In this document: piece by piece, positions 23,178 to 36,099 of the stretch | How the letters are laid out: each line of letters begins with the position of its first letter | Position numbering within the stretch: position 1 is the stretch's first letter | Assembly (NCBI RefSeq): GCF_006345805.1 | Contig: NW_021835168.1 | Location: forward strand, 1 to 42,297 | From: Octopus sinensis | Taxonomy: Eukaryota | Length of the DNA stretch: 42,297 nucleotides | Direction of reading: 5' to 3' | Position numbers and translations under genes: made by a program | Notes under the pieces: model-generated | The model's input: only the letters and a program-made list of their open reading frames with translations | Database searches by the model: none | Told to the model about the DNA's origin: nothing

Positions 23178-25944
23178 CAGCAAACAAGCAACGCTACTGA
23201 GCAACAAAAAGAGAACAAAAATGCTCCGCAAATATAACATCACAGAAAAAGATTTGCCGGAGATAAAAGAAAAGCTGAAGCAAGATATCCTTGCCAAAGC
23301 TCAAAGGATCCGCCGGTACGAGAAACGCCAACGCTTCTTTGAACAGAACAAAAAGTTCAACTCCGACCCCAAAAAGTTCTACCAAGAACTGGGCAAAAAT
23401 AAAATAGAAGTTACTGCAGCACCAACGGCAGAAGAATTGGAAGAATTCTGGGGAGAAATATGGTCGGCGAACGAACCACCAAAAAAAAGGAGTATCAGAA
23501 TAACAAACTCGGCATCTGAACAACTTTGGACCCCCATAACAACTGAAGAGGTCACCCAAGCACTGCAAAGATTAAGCAACTGGAAGGCACCTGGGCATGA
23601 CAAGATCCCCAACTTCTGGTTGAAATATTTAACAGGAATGCACAAAAAGCTGGCTGAAAACTTTAACAAAGTACTAGCAGAGCCAGAGACAATGCCTGAA
23701 TGGCTCACGAAGGGGAAAACTATCTTAATTCCCAAATCAAATGAAACAGAAAAACCAGAAAACTACAGACCAATAACCTGCCTCCCTACTATGTTCAAGG
23801 CATTTACTGCAGTGATATCACAAAGGCTGAACAAGCACCTGGACGAAAACAAACTGTTCCCAGAAGAGCAGAAAGGATGCCGCAAAGGCTCATATGGCTG
23901 TAAAGATCAACTAATGATTAATAAAGCCATAACTGAAGACAGCCACAGAAAGAAGAAAGGCCTCAGTATGGCCTGGATTGACTACAAAAAGGCGTTTGAT
24001 AGCATCCCCCACACATGGATCCTCGAAACACTAGCCATTAACAAAGTAGCACCAACAATCATAAAATCATAGAGCACTCTATGAATAAATGGCAAACAGT
24101 CCTACACCTCCAAACAAAAGAGGGACTCATGAAAACCAAAGCCATCCCCATTAGAAGAGGAATATTCCAGGGAGACACGCTCTCTCCACTCCTTTTCTGC
24201 TTGGCACTGTCACCTCTATCTGATATGCTAAATAGAACTGGATGCGGATATAAATGTTACGGCAAAACGATCAGCCACCATTTATATATGGATGACCTAA
24301 AACTATACGCTGCAAATGACAAACAGCTGGAAACACTATTAAAGACAGTTCATGGATTTACAAAAGAAATAGATATAGAAATTGGATTAGAAAAATGCGC
24401 CAACGTAACCATGAAAAGAGGAAAACTAGTTAAGAGTAGCAACATCACACTAGATAAAACCAATGAAATAAAAGAATTAGACCAAAGCCAAACTTACAAA
24501 TACTTAGGAATCCATGAACTAGATAAGACACAACACACACAAATAAAAGAGAAAATAAAAAAAGAATATTATAGACGATTTAGATCAATACTAAAAACAG
24601 AGTTCAATGCTAAAAACAAGATAATATGTATCTACACTTTAGCTGTCCCAGTTATAAGTTACAGCTACAATATCCTTAACTGGACACGAAATGAACTGTC
24701 CAAAATAGATAGGAAAACAAGAAAAATACTGACAGGATCTAGGATGGATCACCCAAAATCTGACATAGAAAGACTATATATACAACGTATAGAAGGTGGT
24801 AGAGGCCTTATACAGCTGGAAAACTACTATAAAATAACCACCATAGGACTGCAAAAATACCTACTTCAGAAGGAAGGAAAACTGATCCAGATAGCAGCAA
24901 AACACGAGCAAAACAAAAAACTGTTCTCAGTATTTAAGGAAGCTGACAAATACAAACAAGAAATCATACCACCTAATAAACACAAAGAGAAGAAGAAGAT
25001 GATGAAGAAGAAACAACAAAAGCTATAAAACAAATGAAATCCAAACTAAAAATAGAACAGCAACGAGCCATGATAAAACGATGGCAAGAAAAGCCCCTTC
25101 ATGGTAAATACTTCACTAAACTAAACGCAAAAGAAATAGACAAAGAAAAATCCCAGCAATGGTTGAGAAGCTCAGGACTCAAAGCAGAAACAGAGGGATT
25201 TTTAATTGCAGCACAAGACCAAAGCCTCCCCACCAGAAATTACCAAAAACATGTAATGAAAAGAAATATTAAAAGTAACTGCAGAATATGTGGAGATGGA
25301 CAAGAAACAATAAATCATATTATCTCTAGCTGCCCAGTCCTGGCTAAGAAGGAATATATTCACAGACATGACAGAGTTGGAACCTACATACATTGGAAGC
25401 TATGCCAACATTATGGAATAACAACAGAGAAAAAATGGTATAGGCACACACCAGAAAAGGTCACAGAAAACGAGAAAGCAACCATACTCTGGGATATGCC
25501 GATACACACAGATAGAGAAATTAAGGCAACAGACCAGATATAGTTGTCAGAGATCATGAAGAAAAAAAATGCTTTCTAATTGATGTATCAATACCGGCAG
25601 ATGACAACGTGTCTCTAAAAGAAATGGAGAAACTCTCAAAATACAAAGACCTGGAAATAGAGGTAACTAGAATGTGGAACCTGAAAACAGAAACAATTCC
25701 TATCATAGTAGGTGCATTAGGCATGATAAAAAAATATTCAGACAAATACATAACAAAAACACCAGGACTTACAAACACATATAACATACAGAAAATTGCA
25801 CTACTAGGCACTGCACACATCCTACGCAGAACACTTTCCATACAATAACCATCAGAGCATCACAACAAATCACAGCACATACCCAAGGCACACAGAGCTG
25901 CGCTCGGTAGTGAAGTGAAAGCACGCTATAAAAATAAAACTACT
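23176..25944 (+). mobile_element. Dong/R4-clade non-LTR retrotransposon (RT plus restriction-like endonuclease), 5'-truncated, three frameshifts
   Basis: WKAPGHDKI, NYRPITCLPT, WIDYKKAFDS, GIFQGDTLSP, YMDD, CCHC (CRICG...HIISSC) and, across a frameshift, RPDIVV...IDVSIP...K. (TAA)n flanks both sides (23116-23175 and 25945-25966). Confidence 0.93.
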
Positions 25945-26062
25945 GAATAATAATAATAATAATAATGAGGCGGAGGAGGGGGAGGGGGAGAAACGTTTAG
26001 CATCCGGGGATACTAAAACATTCCTTCGAATATTATCCAATTCCTTCGAGAAAAGAAACAAC

Positions 26063-26477
26063 GGATCTTTCTGGTTTGAACGGCAGTTTTTACTAGCGAT
26101 GTCATATGAAATTGTCACCCATAATTATGACCCTATTATCGATCTATTGTATTTCAATCTGTTTTAGGGTTAGGGTTAGGGTTGGGGGGAAGGGTATCTT
26201 TTTTCTTCACAAATGTAAATAAACCCAATCTGTTTCTTAAACGAGGGACATATTCATACGGCACAGAATATTTTTTACTCCAATAGACGTATTTGATTGG
26301 TTGAAATTGCAGAAATTGAAGAAAAAAACAACAACTATCTTACAAACTATAGAATTTTCTCAATAAAGCCAAGAGAAAAAGATGTTTTATAAACACATTC
26401 TACCAGTATACGAAGTTTAAATTTTTTTAGTTACCGAGAAATTATGTTAAAAACTGCCGTTCAAACCGAAAAGATCC
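26063..26477 (+). mobile_element. MITE of about 415 bp with about 30-bp TIRs and internal (TTAGGG)3, copy 1
   Basis: Ends GGATCTTTCTGGTTTGAACGGCAGTTTTTA and TAAAAACTGCCGTTCAAACCGAAAAGATCC. No TSD is visible. Confidence 0.85.
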
Positions 26478-26829
26478 TATGTCTATTCTGCTGCTTTCTT
26501 AACAGCGGTACTCTACACACACAGCGAAAATATAACAGTATATTCATGTTACGTTTGGAAGGAAAATAACCAAGATCTAGATATTTTACCTAACCCCAGC
26601 AAACTTGTTAACCGAAGGAGATAAGTTATCAATACGGAGAAAAATATCAGAAATTGGAATAGAAAAATTAAAAGAAAGAATACATTATGGAAAAAATAAA
26701 TAATGATCGTAGGGTACTTAAGAACGATATAAATACTGTGAGTATAAGATACAGAGATAGAGCTAGCACGTGCAATACAAAGTAAATAACGAAATATAAC
26801 AAACTCAAAACCTAGGACTATAAGATAAT

Positions 26830-27030
26830 GGCTTCAAATTTTGGCACAAGACCAGCACTTGTAGTGTAGTCTGTATATCAATTCCATCGATCCCAGTGGT
26901 TACCTGGCACTAATTTTACCGACCCCGAAAGGACAAGAGGTTAAGTGAACCTCGGCAGGATTTGAACCCAGAACGTAAAGACGCTAAGCATGTCATCTGG
27001 CACGCTAAAGATTCTGCCAGCACGTCACCT
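26830..27030 (-). mobile_element. SINE family D
   Basis: GGCACAAGACCAGC...GACCCCGAAAGG...GATTTGAACCCAG...TTCTGCCAGC. Confidence 0.7.
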
Positions 27031-27590
27031 TAATGACTGCAAAAGTAATGAAAAATATAATACAAAACCAGAACAATAGAGACAAACTTTAGAAAGATTA
27101 TAAAGTATATCTAAAAGTTGGAATCTCTAAAGTTAGAAACCGTGATCATGATACACTATAATTTCAGAATTAAATAAGCAAAACAAAAAATAGAAGATCT
27201 TAATAAGGACCACCGAATGCGCCTACAAAAAATAAGATTTAATGATATGATAGCAACAACAATTAAAAGCATAAATTTGGATATCATAGGACTTAATTGC
27301 AACAGGTGCAAAGAGCAACATTACTAGGCTGAATAAAATAATTTATTTCGACAGCCTCTGTGGTTACAAAAGAAAGTAGAATTCCCTAATATCCACCCAA
27401 ATAGGAATGTTAAAAACTCATGAAAATTACACGGAGAACAAACATTGAGAAAAAGATAGAGACTGGAGGAGAGGCTCTGGCAATCCTTTGTGAAATCAGT
27501 AACAAACACGCACCTCAAAACAACAGGGGATATAAATTACAAAACAGTGTGTACCTGAAGTAAAGAACGCCCAAAACAAGAAATCCTCCC

Positions 27591-28019
27591 AGATCTTTTC
27601 GGTTTGAACGGCAGTTTTTAACATAATTTCTAGGTAACTAAAAAATTTTAAACTTCGTATACTGGTAGAATGTGTTTATAAAACATCTTTTTCTCTTGGC
27701 TTTATTGAGAAAATTCTATAGTTTGTAAGATATTTGTTGTTTTTTTTCTTCAATTTCTGCAATTTCAACCAATCAATGATGTCTATTGAGCTAAAAAACA
27801 TTCTGTGCCGTATGAATATGTCCCTCGTTTAAGAAACAGATTGGGTTTATTTACATTTGTGAAGAAAAAAAAGATACCCTTCCCCCACCCCTAACCCTAA
27901 CCTTAACCCTAACCCTAAAACAGATTGAAATGCAATAGATCGATACTAGGGTCATAATTATGGGTGACAATTTCATATGACACCGCTAGAAAAAACTGCC
28001 GTTCAAGCCTAAAAGATCC
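27591..28019 (-). mobile_element. Same MITE family, copy 2, inverted relative to copy 1
   Basis: Reverse complement of 26063-26477 with about four CCCTAA units. Candidate 8-bp TSD ATCCTCCC (27583-27590) and ATCCCCCC (28020-28027). Confidence 0.85.
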
Positions 28020-28259
28020 ATCCCCCCTAAGTCAAAAGGAGTCTTTCGGTAGGGAAAGCGCTAATGATTCTTTGAATAAAATAAAGGATTTGACTCTCAC
28101 AAGAAAGGATCCTACCAAGAACTTTGTAAAAATAGAATAGAAACTAATTCAGAATTAGCAGCAAGAATAGTAGACAAATTTTGAGGAGTAGGGGCTGCGA
28201 AATAATCACCGTGGAAAACACTAAACAAAACAATAAACGCAGCACCTGAACAACTGGTT

Positions 28260-29035
28260 TAGGCCCAGGACCAGCATTTCAAGAGGAGTGACTGACTGTT
28301 CACAACGACCCCAGTACGTGACTGGTACTTTATTTTATCTACCTTGTGGAACGAAAGGCGTAAAGAGCCGGAACAAATGCTGCAAGGTATTTTGACCGCT
28401 ACTCTAATGATACTGAATGCTGCCCTCCGCAGAATTTGAACTCAGAAAGTAAAGAACGAAGAGAAATACCATATTGCATTTTGTGCGACGCCCAAATGAT
28501 TTTGCCTATTGATCACTGCTTAACAATATCAGTAATTCTTTCCAATTTTGGCACAAGGCCAGCAATTTTGAGGGAAGTGTCCAAGTCGATTATGCGGAGG
28601 CACATGGCCTAGTGGTTAGAGCAGCGGTCGAGGGATCGCGGGTTCGAATCCTCAGACTGGGTGATGTGTGTGTTTATGAGCGAAACACCTAAGCTCCACG
28701 CAGCTCCGGTAGAAGGTAATGGCGAACTTCTACTGACTCTTTCGCCACAACTTTCTCTCACTCTTTTCTCCTGCATCTGGCGTCCCGTCCAGATGAGGAA
28801 CCTATACGCCAAGGAAACTGGGAAACCGGCTCTTATGAGCCAAGCATGGCTCGAGAAGGAACAAGTCGATTATGTCGATCCCAATGCTTGGCTGGCGCTA
28901 TATTTTATCGACCCCGAAAGAAAGAAAAGTAAAGTTGACCTCCGTGGGATTTGAACTCGGAGCTCAAAGAGCCGTAAGGAATACTGCAAGACATTTTATC
29001 CAAAGCACTGATGATTCTGTCTATCCACCCCACCC
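28260..29035 (-). mobile_element. Two family D SINEs, the second interrupted by a family C SINE
   Basis: Family D blocks at about 28260-28520, 28540-28594 and 28862-29035. Confidence 0.7.
28595..28861 (+). mobile_element. tRNA-derived SINE, family C, with a 13-bp TSD
   Basis: TGGCCTAGTGG A-box and GGTTCGAATCC B-box. CAAGTCGATTATG is duplicated at 28582-28594 and 28862-28874. Confidence 0.88.
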
Positions 29036-29170
29036 CAGCAATATCAATAATAAGAACAATATCTAGCAATAGCAACACTTAATTTCGATTTTTGAGATTG
29101 AAAATTCCACAAATATCTCTTTATGACGTCGAAAACGATGAGTAGGAATTGACTTATTAGTCGAAGAAAG

Positions 29171-29280
29171 CAAATACAACAAATATACTCAAATACAAAA
29201 AAATATACTCAAATACAAAAAAATATACTCAAATACAAAAACATATACTACAAATACAACAAATAACAGCAAACATATCA
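29171..29280. repeat. 20-bp minisatellite (AAATATACTCAAATACAAAA), about 4-5 units
   Basis: Direct reading. Confidence 0.85.
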
Positions 29281-30336
29281 ACAAGGATAAAAAGGAAGCA
29301 AGAAAAATAGAGAGAAGGGGTAGAAGTGAAGAAGAAGAAAAGAAATTGGTTGATTTATTGTTAAAAGTTCTGTGTTGCTGGAAAGATCGACGCCGGAGAG
29401 TTCAAATTGATAAGCTAATTACAACCGATAGAATATAGAACGCATTATTTCTTCGGAGATTGCCTGGCCATGATTGAACGGTTTGAAGCCAACCATCGAC
29501 TTATAGCCTGGTGTTACATTGCTGATTCAAGGGGAGATAACTGAATAAATTTATGTAAATGAAACACGCTCGAACTCAACATTCCCCGAGCTTGTTAGGA
29601 CTTTGTTGTTGTATACAAGGCGTCGCAGTACGTGCGACAAGTCATTTATATTCCAACGTCCCATCTCCCGGGGGCGTACAAAAGGATTTAACATGGCTTT
29701 CTCTCTCTGACGCTTTATATGTAGTTTTCTTATTCATATTGTTGTCTTTAGCTTGATTTTAGTCTTGTCGGTATTGTTGTTGTTGTTGTAGTTGTTATTG
29801 TTGTTGCAGGAGCAAACGTTATTGTATTTATTTCATTTGATTTGATTTCATTTCATTTCAATGTGCCGAGGAAAGACGAAGAGATTACGTGCGAGCGAAT
29901 ACGAGAGAGAAAGAATGAGAGAGACAGACACACATACACATAGAGGGAGAGAGAAAGAGAAAAAGAGAAAGAAGAAAATGAGACAGGGTGAGGCAAGTGA
30001 TGGCAGAGATAGAAAAGGGAATCGGTGTCTTTACGTGAAGTTACAAAATATGGTTGGGATGGGGGAAGGGAAGAGATGCACAACAGATACAGAGAGAATA
30101 GGCATTCGTTTTGGCTTTTGTTTTTGGATGACATATCAATCTATCTCGTACAGAGAGATCGACCCACGGTGAAGTAACAACAGTGACAACAACAACAACA
30201 AGGTCATTTTGGAGTAATTTATTAAACAGAAAATTTATACACCACAAACAAAAAAATTAACACATAAATACAAATATTTGTTCTTGGCATTTCTCTAGAA
30301 ATAAGAAACACACACAGACACACACACTTTTTGTTT

Positions 30337-30712
30337 CATTCACTTGTTTCAGTCATTAGACTGCGCCCATGTTAGGGTATCACCTTGAGGAATTTTTGTG
30401 GAATGAATCGACACCAGCACTTTTTTTTAAAACCTGGTAGGTCTTCTTTGCCGACCCACTAAGTTGCGGGACGTAAACACACTAATACCGTCAAGCAGTG
30501 GTAGAGGACAAACAGGTAGAAAAACACACAATATATATATATATATATATATACGACGGGCTTCGTTCAGTCTCCGTCTACCAAATCCACAAAGTAGGCT
30601 TTGGTCGGCCAGAGGCAAGAGTAGTAGAGAGTTGCCCAAGGTGCCACGTAATTGGATTGAAACCGGAACCATATGGTTGGAAAGCGAGCTCCTTCCACAC
30701 AGCTGGTCCTAT
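30337..30712 (-). mobile_element. SINE family A
   Basis: Reverse complement of head and tail, with an internal (TA)n. Confidence 0.8.
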
Positions 30713-31822
30713 GTATATATGAGTGTGTATACATACGAACATACATACATATATATATATATATGTGTGTGTTTATGTATTTGGTTTAACAACGTATCAT
30801 CCCCCCTCTCTCTCCATATATTTATACACACACATTCACACACACACACACACCACACACACACACACACCACACACACACACATATGTAAAGCTGTTTG
30901 GTAACATCTGTTGTTCAGCTGTTGGTGAACCCTGATCTAACAGACAAACATAATAAAACGCGTTCTCGCCACGACCATTCCGTCTTGATTTCAATAGAAA
31001 AAAAAAGCCACAATATATTTAAAACTAAATTATCCGATGTGTCCTTTCCTGTTTTATTTATTTATGCTATTCATATAACGCTTAAGGGAGAGATTTAAGA
31101 AAGATTTGACTGCTACTACTAACAAGCTGATCGACCACCTAGAGACTCTATCATCGTTGACTCGTTGATAAAAGATAGAGAGAGAGATACACCAAGAACA
31201 ATCAACAAACAACGAACAACTAACAACAACAAACAAGCGCCACAACGTTGCAAGATCAATGTGTAGTAATTTATTAATCAAGAAATCTATACGAAACATA
31301 AATAAATAAATAAATCATTAAAACAAATAGAATTTATTCGCGACAAAATATAAACATTGGTTTGAATATTATTTTCGTTTGTTTATTCGTTGTTTTCTTT
31401 TAGGAAACAAAAAAAATGAAAGTAAAGCGAAATAAAGCGAAGCAATATAACATAATACGAAACAAACGTAAATGGACGACAGTACAAACGATGTACAGAA
31501 GAGAGGCGATCCACAAAAAGAAACGCTAATTACAAAGAAGACAGCCGTTTCCCCTGCCATATGGCTAAATTCATCGGCACATTGGTGGTTCATATGGGCA
31601 GCTTTGTTTTAATGCATAATTGAAGTAATTCGTTGGATAAATATTTAAGATAAGGAATTATCGATCATTGGGTTGCATGCCGAAATCTGTGGGGGAAGGG
31701 AAAAAAATCAAAGAAAGAACGAAGGAAACAAGGGAAAAAATATTGCATGTATAAGTATAGCCTTATGTATTAGAACTTGTTTCTCTCTCTCCTCTCTCTC
31801 TCTCTCTCTTTCTGTGTATATG

Positions 31823-31866
<44 letters not shown>

Positions 31867-31927
31867 TATGATAATATATATATATATATGAATACATACA
31901 CACACACATTCACACATAGATACCACG

Positions 31928-31934
31928 TATATGT

Positions 31935-32015
<81 letters not shown>
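31928..32015. repeat. (AG)n microsatellite
   Basis: Direct reading. It explains the poly-RE and poly-SL ORFs. Confidence 0.97.
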
Positions 32016-33120
32016 GAGGGAGGAAGAGGGGCAGGGAGGGGTAGAAAGAGTGGGAGACGGAGAAAGAAGTGTATTTATACATATGGATCAGTCTATTCGT
32101 CTCTATCTATGAAGATGTGATATTCCTTGCTTATTGAACCTGTCTTGGATGTTATTTACAAGGGGATAGATTGGAAAGTGGGAATGGGGGAGAACTTCCA
32201 TGTTATCCGTGTACCCACCCCTTAACGACTGGGAAGCTATACCCTAAAGTTATGTGTTGAATGTATGCGTGTGTGGACGTGTGGGTGTGAATAGATGTGT
32301 ATGTGTGTGTGCGTGTGTGGATGTGTGGGTGTGCATAGATTTATATGTGCGTGCGTGTGTCTGTGCATATTAATGCGTATTCTAAATATCTGTGTTTCTC
32401 TGCGCATGTCACCAAAAGATAGGCAGAAATAGAAAGAGAAAGCGAGCACCAGCCGGAAGGGAATGGAGGAAATGTGTAAGGAGAGTAGAAAGGTAGAGAG
32501 AAAGACCAACTGAATACAGCAACAAATAACGATACAGAGATAAGCGGAGAAGGAGTAATAGAGAAAGAGAAAAACAGAACTCAGGGCTAAAACAGAAAGA
32601 AAATAAGTCTCACATGATTAAAGGATTATCTGGTGTTTCTCAGTCATAATCCTTTGAATAGATCACCTTGGCTGACGTAGGATTGTGTTGCAAGAATTTT
32701 GAACAATGGCTTATAATTGTTGGTATTTATTCGTTCTTTGCTACTGTTCTTACCAACACTTTTCCGAGCACCATTTTTTTGACATGGGAACTCATCACCA
32801 TTCATAACACTCGTCCTTATCATTGATTACTGCAGCTTACCCATCGTTCTTGCGGTATGTTTTTGTCCCTTTGAATCTGTGATTACGATTTATCGGGCAC
32901 GATTTCATTTGACTATACCAATAGAAAATGCAAAAGCGGGCAGCCGCGACATGGTTTTGCGTTTATGGATCGTCGACTGGCAGGGCGCCCACTTTTGCGT
33001 TTCCCAGGATTAAACGAAATTGTACCCGCTAAAGCGGTTTCGTGAACCTAAAGTTTTGAAGCGCTCATTCTGGCGACAGATTTTTGTCATTTCTCATTAC
33101 TCTTAAAGAAAAAAAACTTA

Positions 33121-33609
<489 letters not shown>

Positions 33610-33644
33610 TATTCTCCCCATTCTAATATCCAAAACGAGTGGTC

Positions 33645-33900
33645 TTCAAAGTGATTAGAAGTGTTAGACTCACAATCGTAAAATCGTGGTTTCAGTGCCC
33701 AGACAAGACAACGTGTTGTGTTCTCGAGGAAAATACTTCGTTTCACGTTGCTTCAATACACTTAAATGAAAATATGTAACAACAATAGCTGGGAGGAGAT
33801 GGAGTTAATCTTATGACAGACTGACGAGTCGTTCAGGGGAGAGAACCGTACTCACCGTGGCGTATACTCCATTTGAATCAAGGATTAGAGGCGACTTAAT
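33645..33900 (+). mobile_element. Degenerate family B SINE
   Basis: GACTCACAATCGTAAAATCGTGGTTTCAG...TTCTCGAGGAAAATACTTCGTTTCACGTTGC resembles family B. Confidence 0.55.
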
Positions 33901-34448
33901 TCAGTCTATAAGCTTTATTAGGAAAAACCATCCTTATTCTTATCATTCGTGTTATGAATCGTCTGATCACTCATCGATACTCATCCAAAATCTCATTTAA
34001 CAACTTGTCTCATCATTCTTTTGCAATCACTCTTTTCAACCAACTTTCTTAACAGAAATCATTATAATTTCACTTCAGAGGGCAACGTGCAGCCAATCAA
34101 AAGCTAACTGGTTCACTTCTTACTAGAACTCTTCAGTGTTTTAACTAAAAATAGTTAACATTCAAAGACACGATTTTTTTAATATTTCTACTGTGTATAT
34201 TTTTTAATGCTTTGTCAGCGAAGTATGAGTAGTGCCTATGCCCGTTTTTAGGGTAACTAAGACTAGAAGTGCACTAACGAACAACGAAACTTTAGAATTT
34301 TCCCCTCTATAAATTCAAGGACAACTTATAATCAACGCATCAGCAAAGAAACATCGCAAAATATAAACCTCTTTTGAATTCCGCCACCACAGATGGAACT
34401 ACAACAAGAATTTAGAACATATCCAACCAATACTACTACGACCACAAC

Positions 34449-34473
34449 AGGTCAATTTTAGGTCATTTGACCA
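34449..34473 (+). promoter_or_regulatory. Candidate nuclear-receptor response element: perfect DR5 plus an inverted half-site
   Basis: AGGTCA-ATTTT-AGGTCA-TT-TGACCA in apparently unique sequence. Function is untested. Confidence 0.4.
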
Positions 34474-34991
34474 TTAAAAAGTTTCCAAGAACAATTTACC
34501 GAAGCATAGCACTCCTGTATTTTTCTTTTCTTTTTCCTTCTCCCTCTTCTTTCCCTACTCTTATTCATCATCATCATCATAAACATCATCATTGTCATCG
34601 TCATTATCATTATCATCATCACTCCTCCTCCTTCTTTTCCTTCTGCTCCCGCTTAAACTACTTCCGGCTGCTCCTGCTTAAACCATCAATTCTCTGTACC
34701 CAAGTTATTCCTTCAAATATACTACTACCTACTTACCTACCAAGCAAGCATTCACAAAAGAATGGGGAGAGAGAGAGAGAGAGAGAGAGAGACTGAAAAA
34801 GTTTAGGAAATATTTACCTATTCAAAGACTATAAAAATATCTACAAAACATTTCACTTAATTTTTTTCTCCAATTTAATTGATTAAAAAAATTTTACTGT
34901 TAGTTGAAAAGTCTAAAAAGACGGAAACCGGTACTAAAATGTACTTCATGATAAAATTATTTTAGCATTGTCTAACTTATCTTATTTTCCT

Positions 34992-35022
<31 letters not shown>

Positions 35023-35071
35023 GGACACAAACACACACAAACATATATATATGTAGGCCTGTTTTGCTTCG

Positions 35072-35102
<31 letters not shown>

Positions 35103-35171
35103 TATATATATGTTTACACACACACACACACACACACATACACACACACGTACATGCACGCACACATACAC

Positions 35172-35326
35172 AGGTAGGGCTTCAATCAGTGACTGTCTAC
35201 GAAATCCACTCACAAGGCCATACTAGACTCGAAGCTATAGTAGAAGACACATGCCAAAAATTCTAGGCAGTGGGCCTGAACCCGGAACCATGTGTTTTGG
35301 AAGTAAATTTCTTACCGCACAGCCAC
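35172..35326 (-). mobile_element. SINE family A, head half
   Basis: Reverse complement of the family A head. Confidence 0.7.
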
Positions 35327-35453
35327 ACCGACACCAGCCTAAGCGTGGGGGTTTTTGTTAAAAACCCGCGAAACCTTAAAACGCACAGAGCCGAATAAAA
35401 CTGTTTTAAATAATAATATATAATATATGTAAAATAAAAAAAAATACTATATA

Positions 35454-35698
35454 TGCGCCTTTTTAAATCCTAGCCAGGCTCATGGGCCCGGCTTCCCGGT
35501 TGCAATGGCGTATGTGTTCCCCAGCTGGACGGGACGCCAGTCCATCGCCGCGTTACTCATTTTGCCAGCTGAGTGGACTGGAGCAACGTGAAATGAAGTG
35601 TTTTGCTCAAGAACACAACGCGTTGCCGGTCCAGGAATCGAAACCACAATCTTACGATCATTATGCTGACACCGTAACCACTAAGCCACGTTTCTCCA
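35454..35698 (-). mobile_element. SINE family B
   Basis: Closely matches 22885-23110. Confidence 0.82.
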
Positions 35699-35761
35699 CA
35701 CTATATGTAAACCCTATACTGTGTTGAGTACCTTCTTTTCTCGCTTATCCACTCACTCGTA

Positions 35762-35832
<71 letters not shown>

Positions 35833-35834
35833 GA

Positions 35835-35950
35835 GCAAAACGCCCCCATCCAATGGACGGTGGTTGAGTTGTCAAAACATTTAAACTAAATTTTCTCAAA
35901 GCAACTTGTCCGACCGTCCCACAGGTCTCCCCTCTGAGAAACACTGATTT
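35835..35950 (-). mobile_element. hAT-like terminal fragment
   Basis: The minus strand starts CAGTGTTTCTCAG, resembling the CAGTG-TTCTCAA terminus of hAT/Charlie elements. There is no partner end. Confidence 0.35.
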
Positions 35951-36099
35951 AACCTAAATTTGAGACACCAGCAAAAGAAGAAATAAAGATAGACTTTTTT
36001 CTATTCGAAAGAAAAACAATTTTATTTGCTCAAATATGCAACCGAAGATTTTAAACTACCAGTAATGATAAGGATGTTGACTGGGAGAACACAAACATG

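Noticed and set aside
15097-25841. Longer antisense ORFs (e.g. 15097-15375, 17010-17561, 17940-18275, 23194-23568, 25554-25841)
   Set aside because: They are shadow frames opposite retroelement ORFs with no independent motifs.
26164-27917. TTAGGG/CCCTAA runs as a telomere or chromosome-fusion scar
   Set aside because: There are only 3-4 units each, and both are internal to copies of the same MITE.
27300-28200. Possible PLE N-terminal remnant around MITE copy 2 (LTRKDPTKNF)
   Set aside because: Only one short motif in A-rich, stop-riddled sequence. Too weak to call.
29171-29280. Regularly spaced repeats as a CRISPR-like array (also 37531-37703)
   Set aside because: They are contiguous tandem units without unique spacers, in a eukaryotic context.
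31370-31527. Polypyrimidine tract plus AG followed by a 41-codon K/R-rich frame
   Set aside because: A-rich compositional bias explains the frame. There is no recognisable domain or partner exon.
22364-31533. Three occurrences of GCTAATTAC or its reverse complement
   Set aside because: About 0.5 are expected by chance by my rough estimate, and they are scattered rather than clustered.
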